IMG/VR virus record: IMGVR_UViG_3300036770_003984
Location: 64,542-128,541 of that record
DNA from: a virus
Reading direction: 5' to 3' (one strand)
DNA length: 64,000 bases
In this document: piece by piece, positions 36,262-47,061 of the stretch
Numbering within the stretch: the stretch's first letter is position 1
Layout: each line of letters begins with the position of its first letter
The notes under the pieces: generated by a model
What the model was told of the DNA's origin: nothing
Database searches by the model: none
The model's input: only the letters and a program-made list of their open reading frames with translations
Made by a program: the position numbers and the translations under genes

Positions 36262-36648
36262 ATGAAAAAGATAGTAAGATTAACCGAATCGGATTTAATT
36301 AGATTGGTAAAGAGAGTAATAAATGAACAATCTCAATTTGAGGAAATAACTTTTTGGAAGTCCCCACAACAAAATGCTACATACGGGGTATATAAAATTA
36401 AAAAAGTACAAGCTAATTCTGAACTTTTAGTGATTGACACAACAACAGATGTTCAATTTTATTTTAATTGTTTAAATAAACAATTCAAACATAAAGGCAC
36501 TCAAAATATTGTTTTTAATAATGAGTATGCGTCACATTTAGATAATACATATTGTAAAAATATTAAACCAACAGTGGTGAATAAAGTAGATTATCAGATA
36601 TCTCCAAAAATAAATAGGAGTCCAGGTGCAAATGCGGCTATAAGATAA
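36262..36648 (+). CDS. leader-tagged hypothetical protein
   Basis: MKKIVRLTESDLIRLVKRVINE. Confidence 0.8.
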   Translation: MKKIVRLTESDLIRLVKRVINEQSQFEEITFWKSPQQNATYGVYKIKKVQANSELLVIDTTTDVQFYFNCLNKQFKHKGTQNIVFNNEYASHLDNTYCKNIKPTVVNKVDYQISPKINRSPGANAAIR

Positions 36649-36687
36649 TTTAATTTATAAAAAAACCCCCAATAAAATGGGGGTTTT

Positions 36688-37407
36688 TTATATGAATTCT
36701 AATTCATTTGTTGTTGGATTCCAATCAATTGTAAGTGGTTTATTACTATAAACATATTGTTCATTAAGAACTGATGCGTTGATGTAATGAGTGTCACCAT
36801 CAAAAGTATATCCATAACCAGTATGAATGTGACCACAAACGTGAATCTTTGGTTTAATTTCTTTGATTCTATCAGCCAATAGTTCACACCCAAGATGGTC
36901 AGTTCTACCAATTACTTTATCTAGATAACCATAAGCTGGTCCGTGAGTGATAAGGATGTCAGTATCAGTTGGAATATTATTCCATCTGCGTTTTAGTTCC
37001 TCACCTTTTCTTGGTAGATTAAATGCCCAATCAAAGAATTCTGGTTGCCAAGGGCTTCCATAGATTTTAATAGGGGGCTCGTTACCAATTTCGATTTCGA
37101 CTAAATTGTCTCTAAGGTATTCAAAGTTCTTATAGCTGTTTAATATTTCTTCGGTACGTCTAGGTATTAGAACACTCTTATGAACAAAGAATGGTTCTCT
37201 ATCTATAAAACCCCAATCGTGATTACCAGCAATGAATACTTTGAAATCGTAATCCAATCCATCAAACCATTGACAGAAATCTTGTATCTCGTGATTATAA
37301 CCCATTGAAGACATATCTCCAGCATGAATTAAAAGATTACCTCCAGGTAAATCCTTCTCGATTAATTTATGTTTGCTATGTGTATCTGATATAAATGTGA
37401 TTTTCAT
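36688..37407 (-). CDS. calcineurin-like metallophosphoesterase
   Basis: SDTH, HAGD, AGNHD, THGP, CGHIH. Confidence 0.92.
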   Translation of the reverse strand: MKITFISDTHSKHKLIEKDLPGGNLLIHAGDMSSMGYNHEIQDFCQWFDGLDYDFKVFIAGNHDWGFIDREPFFVHKSVLIPRRTEEILNSYKNFEYLRDNLVEIEIGNEPPIKIYGSPWQPEFFDWAFNLPRKGEELKRRWNNIPTDTDILITHGPAYGYLDKVIGRTDHLGCELLADRIKEIKPKIHVCGHIHTGYGYTFDGDTHYINASVLNEQYVYSNKPLTIDWNPTTNELEFI

Positions 37408-37426
37408 TGTAAACTAGTTTAAAAAA

Positions 37427-37984
37427 TTAATCCCACCAACCTCTAAGTCCTGAACCATCAAATATGTCATCCCAATTCCCTTCATTTTCATAAACACTTG
37501 GATGTTGACCTTTCAATATTTCCCAAAGTTCATTCCATTCTATTTCTTCAAGTTCTCTAATTCTAGCAAAATATCTATTTTTGAACTCTTTTTCTTCTTC
37601 AGAATCTTTATCAACCATTTCCAAGAAACCTGGTTTATCTTCAAGAGGTATAAAATCATAATTAAACCCACTTAAACCTCTTCCCATTTCCGCTTCTACG
37701 ATATCAAAATATCTATCTTCTCTAATGTTTTTAATTATCTCAGTAGCACGTCTCATTTTAGCTACTTTCTTCATTCTACTATGTTGAATTTCAATACCTC
37801 TCTTTTCAACACCATTAGCGATATCATCAACACCAATTTCAATGAAGTCTAATGTACCACTATAGTCCCACCAATGATGATTCCACAGAGCTTTTCTGAA
37901 TTTGTATATATTCCTAAAGAAATTAGGTAAATCTCGCATTAAAAATCGTTTGGTTCTACCAAACCAAGTATATGAGTAAGACAT
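37427..37984 (-). CDS. hypothetical protein
   Basis: 185 aa ORF. Confidence 0.75.
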   Translation of the reverse strand: MSYSYTWFGRTKRFLMRDLPNFFRNIYKFRKALWNHHWWDYSGTLDFIEIGVDDIANGVEKRGIEIQHSRMKKVAKMRRATEIIKNIREDRYFDIVEAEMGRGLSGFNYDFIPLEDKPGFLEMVDKDSEEEKEFKNRYFARIRELEEIEWNELWEILKGQHPSVYENEGNWDDIFDGSGLRGWWD

Positions 37985-38000
37985 TTTGAATATTTTTTAT

Positions 38001-38291
38001 TTAGAACAAAAAAATTTGAGAGAATTTTGAAAAAAATGATTTGCTTTTTCTCAATTTATATGATTTTGATTTAGTTTCCTTATCAAAGTTACTAGTTAAA
38101 GTAGTTTTACTAACTTCACTTATATCTTTACCCCATTTTTTGAGAAAAAGTTCAAAAAGTTTTCTTGTAGTTTCAACTTGACTTGGGTTTTCACAAGAAT
38201 CTAAAACAGTCATAATCCAAGCGTACTGATTGTATGGTCCTTTTCTGTTCATAATGACTATAAGTTTAATGGGTGAGTTAATAATCATCAC
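38001..38291 (-). CDS. hypothetical protein
   Basis: 96 aa ORF; start uncertain. Confidence 0.55.
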   Translation of the reverse strand: MMIINSPIKLIVIMNRKGPYNQYAWIMTVLDSCENPSQVETTRKLFELFLKKWGKDISEVSKTTLTSNFDKETKSKSYKLRKSKSFFSKFSQIFLF

Positions 38292-38322
38292 AAAAGTATG
38301 AAAAGAAATCCAAAGTAAAAAA

Positions 38323-38787
38323 TTATTTGATATAAAAATCCAAAAATTTTTTCACAACTAGATTAAGAGGATGTTCAATTTCATTTCTATGAATTTCCAT
38401 TTGATTTGACATTTCATTTTCATAAAACTCTCTGTCAGAATCAGTTTCAGCAGTTTGTATCAGATTATTTAATTTTTTAAATCCACCAATTTGAAGTATC
38501 TTATATATTTTGGGGTCATACTTCAGAAAATTAACAATCTCTTCCTTTAATACTTTTTTATTATTAAGATATCTAAAATACTCTTCAACCTCAACACCAT
38601 ATACATCTTTATATTTTCCTAAAATATCAATTTTATTTCCTCTACCATCAGTTAGGTTGTGATATAAAAGGTCATTACTGACATTAAAAATTGTTTTAAG
38701 GTATTCAAATAATTCTTGGTTAACATCACCATAATGTTTGTTAAGGATTCTTCTTTTTTCGTTTTCCGAAATTATTATTTTTTTCAT
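38323..38787 (-). CDS. leader-tagged hypothetical protein
   Basis: MKKIIISENEKRRIL. Confidence 0.75.
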   Translation of the reverse strand: MKKIIISENEKRRILNKHYGDVNQELFEYLKTIFNVSNDLLYHNLTDGRGNKIDILGKYKDVYGVEVEEYFRYLNNKKVLKEEIVNFLKYDPKIYKILQIGGFKKLNNLIQTAETDSDREFYENEMSNQMEIHRNEIEHPLNLVVKKFLDFYIK

Positions 38788-38853
38788 AATAAAATTGATT
38801 ATCTATTTAAATATAAATATTTTTGGTTAATGAAAAAATGTCTAACACTATTA

Positions 38854-39108
38854 ATGAATAAAGTTTTAATTGAAGAACTTGAAAACCTATATGGTAAAGG
38901 AAGTAATATTGAAATTAGTTCAATAGTTGTCGCATCAAGACAGAATGAAACAATAATAAGTTATAAATTATTTTATACCAATCAAGAATATTTGTTAGAA
39001 ACAATGAATGTTGGGTCTGATTTTTTATTGGAAAAATGTTGGGAGTTAATGGGTTATCCAAAAACAAAATTAATTTTAGCTTGTTCAATGCAAATGGTTG
39101 ATTTATAA
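38854..39108 (+). CDS. hypothetical protein
   Basis: Internal start chosen to avoid overlap with the divergent gene. Confidence 0.55.
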   Translation: MNKVLIEELENLYGKGSNIEISSIVVASRQNETIISYKLFYTNQEYLLETMNVGSDFLLEKCWELMGYPKTKLILACSMQMVDL

Positions 39109-39143
39109 AAAAAATAAAATTATTATTAAATAAAAATTACAAA

Positions 39144-39572
39144 ATGAAAAGAGTAAAAAATGGTGACACCGTTATAGTCAATTACACAGGTAAACTCGTT
39201 GATGGTACTGTATTTGATTCTTCATTAAATGAAGGTCGTGAACCTTTAAAATCAACTTTGGGTGAAGGTCAATTAATCCCTGGATTTGAAATTGGTCTTA
39301 TTGATATGATTATTGGTGAGAAAAAAACAATTGAAATTGAGGCCGAGAACGCTTATGGATATCATAATCCAAATATGATAACAACTGTAAATAAATCTCA
39401 ATTTCCACCTGATGTTAAAGTTGGTGAAACTATGCAGGGTATGACAGAAAGAGGTCCTATTGTTGTAAAAGTTATTGATGTTTTGGAAGATACAATCACT
39501 ATTGATGCTAACCACCCATTGGTTGACCAAAAATTAATCTTTGAATTGGAACTCCTTGAAATTGTAGAATAA
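39144..39572 (+). CDS. FKBP-type peptidyl-prolyl isomerase (SlyD/FkpB-like)
   Basis: VNYTGKLVDGTVFDSS...GQLIPGFE...IDANHPL. Confidence 0.95.
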   Translation: MKRVKNGDTVIVNYTGKLVDGTVFDSSLNEGREPLKSTLGEGQLIPGFEIGLIDMIIGEKKTIEIEAENAYGYHNPNMITTVNKSQFPPDVKVGETMQGMTERGPIVVKVIDVLEDTITIDANHPLVDQKLIFELELLEIVE

Positions 39573-39574
39573 TT

Positions 39575-39967
39575 TTATTCGTACAAAACTTTGTTTTTTT
39601 GGGGAAATTGGAACTCAAATTTTTTAACTAATGCTCCTGATTTTGCGTTTGCTTCATCTTCATTTCTGCCACCAATTTGTTTTCCGATTTCCCTATTTAA
39701 ATTATTTATTTGATATTCATGAACCCATTCATGTGCAATAGTCCTCAAAATATCACGATTAAGTCTATTATTGGTTAATACATTTATAATATTATGTTTA
39801 GGTATAGAATTTCCTGTTGTCATATTTGGTACTCTTTCAGATAAACAACAAATTATTATATCATTTTTCAAAGGTATTTCTTGATGTAAGAATTTTATAA
39901 AATCCTTAATTAAATTGTAGTCTTCTTTTCTAAGACTTTTGTCACTTTTAATTAATCTAACTTTCAT
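39575..39967 (-). CDS. HExxH metallopeptidase-like protein
   Basis: LRTIAHEWVHEYQ...EDEAN. Confidence 0.7.
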   Translation of the reverse strand: MKVRLIKSDKSLRKEDYNLIKDFIKFLHQEIPLKNDIIICCLSERVPNMTTGNSIPKHNIINVLTNNRLNRDILRTIAHEWVHEYQINNLNREIGKQIGGRNEDEANAKSGALVKKFEFQFPQKNKVLYE

Positions 39968-40297
39968 TTATCCTATACAAAAACTTTTATTATCCAAAGA
40001 ATGTATATTTTTATCTTTATATGTAGCAACAAGTGGTAATCCACCTTTACCACACTTCATAATTGCATTTTTATTAATATCTTTTATAATTTTTTCTTTT
40101 TGGTCAGTTGTTAAAGTTGTACTTTGTGATTGAGGTGTTGGGGTACTAACTTGCGTTTGACCTGATTGTGATGGGGTAGCTTGGGTTTCACTTGATGTAG
40201 TACCTGTTTGGACTACCCCACTATTTACTTGTTCTCTCAAGTACTTTTGTTCTAAGAGAATGTTAGCTAACTTAATATTTTTTAATTTGTTGTTCAT
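39968..40297 (-). CDS. hypothetical protein with S/T/Q-rich linker
   Basis: Leader MNNKLKNIKLANILLE. Confidence 0.65.
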   Translation of the reverse strand: MNNKLKNIKLANILLEQKYLREQVNSGVVQTGTTSSETQATPSQSGQTQVSTPTPQSQSTTLTTDQKEKIIKDINKNAIMKCGKGGLPLVATYKDKNIHSLDNKSFCIG

Positions 40298-40319
40298 TTG
40301 AATATATTTCAATCTTAAT

Positions 40320-40505
40320 TTAATTAAATAAATTCTTGACTTTGTTCATTATTTCAACTTGTTTTCTTTCCAACATCATAATTTTATTAGTTATGGTCTT
40401 ATCATTGTCCATATTTTGACTTTTTAACAAACTAATTTCGTTAAATAATTTTGTATGTTCATTCAATAACTGACCATAAAGCTGTCCTTTTTGTTCTTCT
40501 CTCAT
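40320..40505 (-). CDS. small coiled-coil protein
   Basis: 61 aa ORF. Confidence 0.65.
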   Translation of the reverse strand: MREEQKGQLYGQLLNEHTKLFNEISLLKSQNMDNDKTITNKIMMLERKQVEIMNKVKNLFN

Positions 40506-40512
40506 AAATAGT

Positions 40513-41112
40513 TTAAATTTGAATTGTTTTATTTTTTAATGTTAATTTTATCGTATCATCGTAAGTATATAATTGATACATCTCAATAATTTTACCAATG
40601 TGTTCCCAATAACCAATTCCCCCATAACCCGTACAATTATTAACCCAATATTTCCAAGGTTTTCCAACTGCTTGTGGATAAAATTTTTTAAGAAATAAGG
40701 CATGGTCTTCAAAAGAATCTTCAAAACTTTTATATTTTCTCCATTTCACACCAGATTCAGTTTGGAAATAATCCCCAGCATATAATTCCTTATAATATTT
40801 CATACCAAATAAGTTATTGGCCAAAACACCTAAATCAGATTTTCCACCTCCACTCTCAGCAATTGCTTGTGCAAATTGAATACTTACAGGAATACCATAT
40901 TCTAGATGATGAAATATTGCGATTTCTTGATACTTCTCACAAAATTCAACAAATGGGTGGTTAGTATTATTTTTTTGGTTGTACGTGACAAATTTTGCAA
41001 TTTTTTTATTATCGGCATTAGGTGATAAAAAACTTGTTTCTCTCTTTATTATCTGATTCTTATGTCCACATACTAAACACCATAAAAATAATACAATTAA
41101 TAATTTTTTCAT
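40513..41112 (-). CDS. glucosaminidase (GH73, FlgJ-like) with signal peptide
   Basis: IPVSIQFAQAIAESGGG...NNLFGMK...WRKYKSFEDSFEDH. Confidence 0.88.
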   Translation of the reverse strand: MKKLLIVLFLWCLVCGHKNQIIKRETSFLSPNADNKKIAKFVTYNQKNNTNHPFVEFCEKYQEIAIFHHLEYGIPVSIQFAQAIAESGGGKSDLGVLANNLFGMKYYKELYAGDYFQTESGVKWRKYKSFEDSFEDHALFLKKFYPQAVGKPWKYWVNNCTGYGGIGYWEHIGKIIEMYQLYTYDDTIKLTLKNKTIQI

Positions 41113-41217
41113 ACTTGTTTTTTTATAAAAATATATCCAACACTATATAATAAGTATTAGTGTTGGAAAAGAAAGACAAAAGTTGGGGATGTGAGTTTAA
41201 ATTAAAAAAGTATATGT

Positions 41218-42909
41218 TTATTTCACATAAACATAACCTGTTTCATCTTTAACTAATCCTTTTTCTTCAAACATAGATTCCAATTCTTTTATTTTAGAAC
41301 TATCTTTAACTTCAACCCATTTAGTATCGTCATCATCTTTATTCTTTGAATAAAATTTACCACCTATGAATTTATACTCTTCTGGATTGTCAAACCAACT
41401 AGTTGGTCTTCCATAAGTACCATATATTCTAGAATCCTTTGATTTTGGTACTCTTTTATCTAACCACTCTGTAATATCTTTAATATTTTTTTTATATTCT
41501 TTTGTTTGGTATATTAATGGCACAGGTCTATTTGGTCTCCAAGGTCCGTATGGTGAGGCTTTATGGTCTTTCAAAGCTAAAACTAATAATCTTTCATCTT
41601 CTTTAGTTTTAACTTGAAACAAAGCTTTTAAATCTTCAACTTTAAACCCAACTTCATTACTTAATTCATATAAAGTATCCCCAATAACCGCATCAAATAT
41701 TGGATTATGTAATAATCTAGCCGCCTCATATGTTCCTAAAGTTGTTGTGGTAGATACAAGATTTTTGAAAAATTGATACTGCGCTGCTCTATCAGTATAA
41801 TACATTGTTTGTATAAATTTTTTGTCCAAAGCATTATTGGCCTGTGATATTAAATATCTTTCAATAGCTAATTGACCTTCTTTTGTTGCTAATTGTTTTG
41901 ATATTTCATTAACTAAATATGTTTCTTCTGTGGTTAAACCTTTAATTCCACTTTGACCTAATTTTTCACCTAACTTAATCATACCAGCTTCACCATATTT
42001 AGCAACAAGTGGAATTTTTGAAGAAATAGGACCAATTAAAGGTATTATTGATAATGTAAAAACAAATGATGCAGTCCTTGTGTCTCCATAATCCTGCCAT
42101 TTTTTAGCGTCATATATACCAATTGACGCAGAAATACCAGCGGCAACCAAAGGACCTACCCAAGGAATAAACAATGCACCAATTGATAAAATAGTTAACC
42201 AACTACTTTCACCAGATCTACGTCTATACGCCCATTCTTCAGGTGTCATTTTACGTTCTTGAGTTGTGTCAAGTGGAGTACCATCAGGATTAGTATAATA
42301 CCTATCCACATTTCCTTGTTCCATAGCCCTCATTATATCTTTGTATAAATAATTTTGATATTCTATCAGATTATTATAAATTTCACCTAATGTTTTACCT
42401 TGTTCATATTCAAATGTTAAATTAGATTTATTTAAATCTTTATCCATAGTTGATGTCATAGGATAATTCCAAGCTCTCTGAATATAAATGTTTTTATATC
42501 CATCAGATGTTGTTGCACCACTACTTAATTGTAAGTGTGCCGCAATATCTTTAAAATTTGTATTTACCCATAGTCTAAATTCATCACCCTCCGTATTATT
42601 TTTAAATGGGGGTTGTTCATTTATTTTAATTTGATTCCATGGAATCCCAATAAAATTTTGTTTTTTAGTTGTATTATTAACACTTGATGTCGGATTTGTT
42701 GTAGTATTAGTTGGTGCTGTTGTAACTTTACTTGGCATTGTTACTCTACTACTATATGAATCTGTTTGTACTATATTATTTTGTGGGGCGGGCTGATTAC
42801 CAGTCGCCCAAGTATAGGTTGGATTATGTTCAAACAAATATGGTTTCATTGGAGTCTTATGATGTAACTCCAATATCCTTTGTTTTTCCTTATCTGATAT
42901 TTTTTTCAT
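41218..42909 (-). CDS. large leader-tagged protein with central hydrophobic helices
   Basis: MKKISDKEKQRILELH; region ~85-140 similar to the N-part of the neighbour at 42932. Confidence 0.75.
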   Translation of the reverse strand: MKKISDKEKQRILELHHKTPMKPYLFEHNPTYTWATGNQPAPQNNIVQTDSYSSRVTMPSKVTTAPTNTTTNPTSSVNNTTKKQNFIGIPWNQIKINEQPPFKNNTEGDEFRLWVNTNFKDIAAHLQLSSGATTSDGYKNIYIQRAWNYPMTSTMDKDLNKSNLTFEYEQGKTLGEIYNNLIEYQNYLYKDIMRAMEQGNVDRYYTNPDGTPLDTTQERKMTPEEWAYRRRSGESSWLTILSIGALFIPWVGPLVAAGISASIGIYDAKKWQDYGDTRTASFVFTLSIIPLIGPISSKIPLVAKYGEAGMIKLGEKLGQSGIKGLTTEETYLVNEISKQLATKEGQLAIERYLISQANNALDKKFIQTMYYTDRAAQYQFFKNLVSTTTTLGTYEAARLLHNPIFDAVIGDTLYELSNEVGFKVEDLKALFQVKTKEDERLLVLALKDHKASPYGPWRPNRPVPLIYQTKEYKKNIKDITEWLDKRVPKSKDSRIYGTYGRPTSWFDNPEEYKFIGGKFYSKNKDDDDTKWVEVKDSSKIKELESMFEEKGLVKDETGYVYVK

Positions 42910-42931
42910 TTGTTTTATTTTGTATTATAAA

Positions 42932-44290
42932 TTAATTTTGATAACTTTTAACAACATCACCTATAACCTTTCCAAGTTCGTATGGTTGTTTAGCTTTATT
43001 GCAATAACCATAATGTAAAAGAAAATAATCACTATATCGCCAAACATCATTTGTTTTTCTTAATTTTTTAGGTGCTGGTGGTATATCAGTTCGTTTGCTC
43101 CAATCTATAGGTCCGAATTCGTTAGAATAAAAATAACCATGTAGTTCACCTCTTAATGGTCGTACTTTGGTTGTTTCTCGTGGTACTTCAGGAATATTAA
43201 TTTTATTTGTATTATATGGTGTATTTACTCCTGAGAATTGTCCATAATTTTGTTGTTCTTTTTTCCAATTCATATATGATAAATAATCTGGACTTGGTCT
43301 TTCCCACATTGTTCCATCTTCTTCTCTTATATAAAAATCATTAACATCGGATTCATTTATTGGTTTTGGTTTACACATATAATATCCTTTTTCATGTGCT
43401 GTACCATAATAACCTGTACCCTTACCACCATATACGTTAACACCTAATACTTTTGCAGCGTCTTTAAGAACATCTAAAGTGTCTGCACCATGACATGCTG
43501 TAAAATGAACTTCAGAATCAGGACCTTTCAAAACACTTTTTAACATTGTCAACCATTCAGTTTTAAACTTAAAATCACCACCCACCATAGGATTTATTAA
43601 ATCACCATCACCATAACCATGAGAACCTACAATTATTTTTTTAAATTTCCAACCCTTCTCATTACATTTCTGTATCAATTTTTGTAAATCACCATAAGAT
43701 TCTAATATTATTGATATCCATCCTGTCTTTTTTATTGTTTCTAATATTTTCTTGTCAGATTCACTACCTGGAAAAGTAAAATATAATGTATCTGAGTTTA
43801 AAGAATCTAATATATTAAAACGACTAAGCCTATTAAATTTGTTATTAATTATTGCCATTTCAAATTCACGTATAGCGTCATCTATACCTTTTGATGGTTC
43901 ACTTACGTTATTTGTTTGGTTTTTATTTAATTCCTTCATATAAAGTTGACCAATTGTTACTTCATTTGAAATTGGATATCCACCTCCACCAATAGGATAA
44001 TGATAAGCCCATTGAATATTTTCGTTATTATATGACCCACTTGAACTCAAGTCTAAATTTACTGCCAATATTGGAAACCTATTTCTAAACCAAACTCTAA
44101 ATTTGTTACCGTCTTCTTGATTTTCAAATGGCACTGAACCTTTTTTTAATGTTTTTAATTTTTCATTATCCCATTTCTTTGGATTAAGACCATAACCTAA
44201 ACCCAAATCTTCCTGATATTGTTCATTAATAATATTATATAATTTTTTAATATATAATTTTTCATTTTCAGTGATTATTAATCTTTTCAT
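42932..44290 (-). CDS. leader-tagged protein with possible His/Cys (caspase-like) dyad
   Basis: MKRLIITENEK; VGSHGYG...HFTACHGA. Confidence 0.7.
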   Translation of the reverse strand: MKRLIITENEKLYIKKLYNIINEQYQEDLGLGYGLNPKKWDNEKLKTLKKGSVPFENQEDGNKFRVWFRNRFPILAVNLDLSSSGSYNNENIQWAYHYPIGGGGYPISNEVTIGQLYMKELNKNQTNNVSEPSKGIDDAIREFEMAIINNKFNRLSRFNILDSLNSDTLYFTFPGSESDKKILETIKKTGWISIILESYGDLQKLIQKCNEKGWKFKKIIVGSHGYGDGDLINPMVGGDFKFKTEWLTMLKSVLKGPDSEVHFTACHGADTLDVLKDAAKVLGVNVYGGKGTGYYGTAHEKGYYMCKPKPINESDVNDFYIREEDGTMWERPSPDYLSYMNWKKEQQNYGQFSGVNTPYNTNKINIPEVPRETTKVRPLRGELHGYFYSNEFGPIDWSKRTDIPPAPKKLRKTNDVWRYSDYFLLHYGYCNKAKQPYELGKVIGDVVKSYQN

Positions 44291-44324
44291 ATTATAATTT
44301 TATTTATAAATATTTTTTAAAAAC

Positions 44325-45830
44325 TTAACCTACCATATTAGGGTCAATTTTATTTGGTTGTTGTGGCTTATATTTTTCGTTTGGATACCATTCAAATGGT
44401 AATTTACCTTTATTCTTTTCTTCGTTTTTTGCCAAAGCGTTGAATTCATCTAAAAATTGTTGTACAGGTGGAAATCCTTTTGCTGCCCAATGTCCCATAA
44501 TATATTTTATATTACCATCATTACTTGACTTAAAGTTTTTAATATAATCAACAAAATTATTTTTAGAAACATAAGGACTATCTGGTATACCATCTTTATT
44601 TTTATCTAATAAAAATGTTCTTATTCCAAACACTCTAGAATTAAATTCACTATGATCTGTTTGAAAATAATCGTGTTCAAAATCATTATACCCAGCTTTG
44701 AGAATTGATTCAATAATTTGTTTAGTTTTTTCAAAATCTAAACCTATATCTGAAGCAATAGATTTTAGTTTTTCATCTGTTAGATTTAACGCTAAGAATT
44801 TAGAATTCATATTTAATTTTACATCTTCATAAGCTAATCTATTTTTTCTATAACAATCATCAGTACTTTTGAATTGTGTTATATTTTTATTAGGTGTTAA
44901 TGGTTTAATACCATATAAAATATGTTGTATCTCATGTACTATTGTTCCATACCAACCATCATCAGTTTTATCATCAGCTAAAGACACATTCAAATTTATT
45001 ATATTATTTTGATTTTTATCATATGGATAAGTACAAGCATAAGCACTTAGACAACCATTTGACTTATACCCATTAATTTCATAATTAATTACTCTTCCTC
45101 CTTTTCCTGGTAGTTCTGTATCAACGTATTCAGAATATATAACGATTTTTAAATCATCAATACGGGTCAAATATTTTTCAAAAATTAAATTAATAATAGT
45201 ATCCCAATACAAATCATTTAATTTTTTAAATTTAATACGTGTTTCAGGTAAATTTAACCAATTACGCCAAAATGTTTTAGCTCTTTCTAATAAAGGTAAC
45301 ATTCTATTGTAAAATAATAAATATTCTTGTTGGGTTAATTTACCACCATATATTGGTGGTTTTTCCATAATATCTTTGAATATTACAGTTGCAATCCTAT
45401 ATTCATTTAAAGGGTCATTTGTTAAATCAAACCAATTTAATCCAGTTTTTAATTTAGTATAATATTTAGCATTTTTAGGGTTTTCAATTTCATACTCTTT
45501 TCTATATTCATATGGGTCATTTCCACCACCTTGAATAATTAATTCAGTTCTACCAGCCAATCTTAATTTGTTTTTACGTATTGTTTCAGGAAATTCCGAA
45601 GCTTTTTCTTCATTTCCAATAGCATAATTTCTTTCTACACCCATTTTATTTGGAATATAACTTTGGTCAACTCTAGTACTAGATACTGGAGGATAAGTCT
45701 GTTTAAAATTAGGATATAAGTTTGAAACATCAATCGTTGACCCTGATGGATCTATAGGGTCTTCAGTTATTAAATTATATAATTTCTTTATATGAAATTT
45801 TTCATTTTCAGTGATTATAAGTTTTTTCAT
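44325..45830 (-). CDS. leader-tagged protein with HExxH motif
   Basis: MKKLIITENEK; TIVHEIQHIL...EFNSR. Confidence 0.75.
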   Translation of the reverse strand: MKKLIITENEKFHIKKLYNLITEDPIDPSGSTIDVSNLYPNFKQTYPPVSSTRVDQSYIPNKMGVERNYAIGNEEKASEFPETIRKNKLRLAGRTELIIQGGGNDPYEYRKEYEIENPKNAKYYTKLKTGLNWFDLTNDPLNEYRIATVIFKDIMEKPPIYGGKLTQQEYLLFYNRMLPLLERAKTFWRNWLNLPETRIKFKKLNDLYWDTIINLIFEKYLTRIDDLKIVIYSEYVDTELPGKGGRVINYEINGYKSNGCLSAYACTYPYDKNQNNIINLNVSLADDKTDDGWYGTIVHEIQHILYGIKPLTPNKNITQFKSTDDCYRKNRLAYEDVKLNMNSKFLALNLTDEKLKSIASDIGLDFEKTKQIIESILKAGYNDFEHDYFQTDHSEFNSRVFGIRTFLLDKNKDGIPDSPYVSKNNFVDYIKNFKSSNDGNIKYIMGHWAAKGFPPVQQFLDEFNALAKNEEKNKGKLPFEWYPNEKYKPQQPNKIDPNMVG

Positions 45831-46399
45831 TTTCTGACATTAGGTTTTATTGAACTTCTAAATGTATTTGTTTTATGTCTTGGTTCATTTATATTACGTC
45901 CAATTATATCTTTCTCATCACTAGTTTGCGGTTTATTTTTTTTATTAAAATCCATTTGTTTTAATAAATCTTCAATATTGACAATATCATCATCTTGTGT
46001 TGTATTATATGGAGATTGACCAACTATATTATATTTTACAATATCATCAATATCGGCATAAATTAATGTCCCATCATTCAATTTAGCACCAAATTTATCC
46101 CAAATTGGTTTATTATTAATAGTGTCTTTAATTATGTCACTGACTTCATCCATTGTTATATAATAAACATCTTTACCATATAACACTCTTATATTACCAT
46201 CATCATCCATATTCTCCTCAGATGTTATTTTTGTAAATAATCTCTCAAGTTCTTTTAATCCAGGTTCAGTTAAATTATTAATCAAATGTTGATAATCATC
46301 ATCATTCAAAAACATTTTCATTAATTGATAATTTTTATCCTCATTGATTAATTTTTTAATCAATTTTTTATATTGAGTCTCGTTTAATATAATTTTCAT
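45827..46399 (-). CDS. leader-tagged hypothetical protein
   Basis: MKIILNETQYKKLIKKLINE. Confidence 0.75.
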   Translation of the reverse strand: MKIILNETQYKKLIKKLINEDKNYQLMKMFLNDDDYQHLINNLTEPGLKELERLFTKITSEENMDDDGNIRVLYGKDVYYITMDEVSDIIKDTINNKPIWDKFGAKLNDGTLIYADIDDIVKYNIVGQSPYNTTQDDDIVNIEDLLKQMDFNKKNKPQTSDEKDIIGRNINEPRHKTNTFRSSIKPNVRK

Positions 46400-46589
46400 A
46401 ATGATAAATATCTTACTCCAAATAAAAAAATCCCCATTCATCTTGGGGATTTCTTATCATCAATAAAACGTTTTATTATTTTCTTAAAATCAGTTTCACC
46501 TGACATATTTAGTTTATTGGTTATAATACTTTTTGTACCTTTTAATTGGTGATATAAATCCCAATCCCAAATTGATTTATTTTCTATTC

Positions 46590-47054
46590 TCATTTATTAC
46601 AATTTTCAATAAATTTATCCTTAATTAATTTTCCATATTTTTTATCAACATAGTTTGAAACCAAATAAGCCACATTATAAAATTCAATGGTATCATCACC
46701 ATACATACTAATATAATAATTATAATATAAAAATTCAAGGATGGCTTCTTCAACAACATTTAAAAATGTTTTGGGAGTTTCATATCTTTCACAATAAAAA
46801 TCCTTATCTTTCTCAAAATTATATATTTTATCAAATTTTTCATCCATATAAACTTTGATAAGTTTTTTAGCCTCATCATCATCAAATGGTATATTGAATT
46901 TATCAATGAGTTTATTAGACGTAATACCCATAGATTCAGCAACATCCCCAATCCCATACTTTTCAATATTGTTTATAATTTCTTGACGTTCCTCATCAAA
47001 TTTAGACTCAGAAATCAAAAACTTATATTGTGACTCACTAATTATTATTCTCAT
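46590..47054 (-). CDS. leader-tagged hypothetical protein
   Basis: MRIIISESQYKFLISE. Confidence 0.8.
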   Translation of the reverse strand: MRIIISESQYKFLISESKFDEERQEIINNIEKYGIGDVAESMGITSNKLIDKFNIPFDDDEAKKLIKVYMDEKFDKIYNFEKDKDFYCERYETPKTFLNVVEEAILEFLYYNYYISMYGDDTIEFYNVAYLVSNYVDKKYGKLIKDKFIENCNK

Positions 47055-47061
47055 TTCTTTT

